A stretch of DNA of 49,401 bases from a candidate division WOR-3 bacterium. GTDB lineage: Bacteria; Hydrothermota; Hydrothermia; JBDRYB01. The translations under genes and the position numbers were made by a program. The stretch covers positions 1-49,401 of the forward strand of contig JBDRYB010000012.1 of the NCBI GenBank assembly GCA_039803205.1, read 5' to 3'. Under the pieces are notes generated by a model. The model ran no database searches, was not told the origin of the DNA, and saw only the letters and a list, made by a program, of their open reading frames with translations. Positions 49,275 to 49,401 of this stretch are shown in pieces. Position 1 is the first letter of the stretch. Every line of letters starts with the position of its first letter.

Positions 49275-49401
49275 AGATCTGTCCGGATTTCCGGGCACCT
49301 TAGGGGCCACTCTCCAACCTGAGGGATTAAATTATAAACTCCTAGAGGCTCGTCAGGGCACAAGGCGCTTTGCGCCTTGCCGAAGGGAATGCCCTGACGA
49401 G
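49275..49401 (-). mobile_element. Probable IS right end, copy 2 (inverted, truncated by the window edge)
   Basis: Reverse complement of 80-206 with one mismatch; begins 27 bp after the flippase stop codon. Confidence 0.65.

Overview
49.4-kb bacterial chromosomal segment, moderately GC-rich by eye. Secreted proteins with C-terminal FlgD/T9SS-like sorting domains, TrpB2 and a Thermus/Thermotoga-type uL4 loop suggest an anaerobic, probably thermophilic FCB-related lineage such as WOR-3 (inference). The window is bracketed by two inverted copies of a 127-bp structured element (80-206 and 49275-49401), probably the right ends of a multicopy IS at which the assembly broke. Contents in order: housekeeping and envelope genes; a complete hdrC-hdrB-hdrA(L)-mvhD-mvhG-mvhA operon (group 3c [NiFe] hydrogenase/heterodisulfide reductase) whose HdrA carries an inserted GltD-like NAD-binding module; a Fic gene; an intact but apparently catalytically dead P1B-ATPase; ribE, yjbQ, yebC-ruvC, tsaD, trpB2; a fusA-tuf-S10 cluster lacking rpsL/rpsG, with a domain-IV-degenerate EF-G and an aberrant uL22 tunnel loop. 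The S10 cluster stops after rpmC and continues into an amber-interrupted LVIVD gene, a small hydrophobic peptide gene between two related non-coding motifs, and a three-gene orphan CARF operon (ring-nuclease-like, CARF-HEPN, Card1/Can2-like) with no cas10, cyclase or CRISPR array in view. The window ends with a UbiA-TPR/GNAT/GT4/flippase surface-glycan locus. All calls come from motif recognition by eye; no searches were run.
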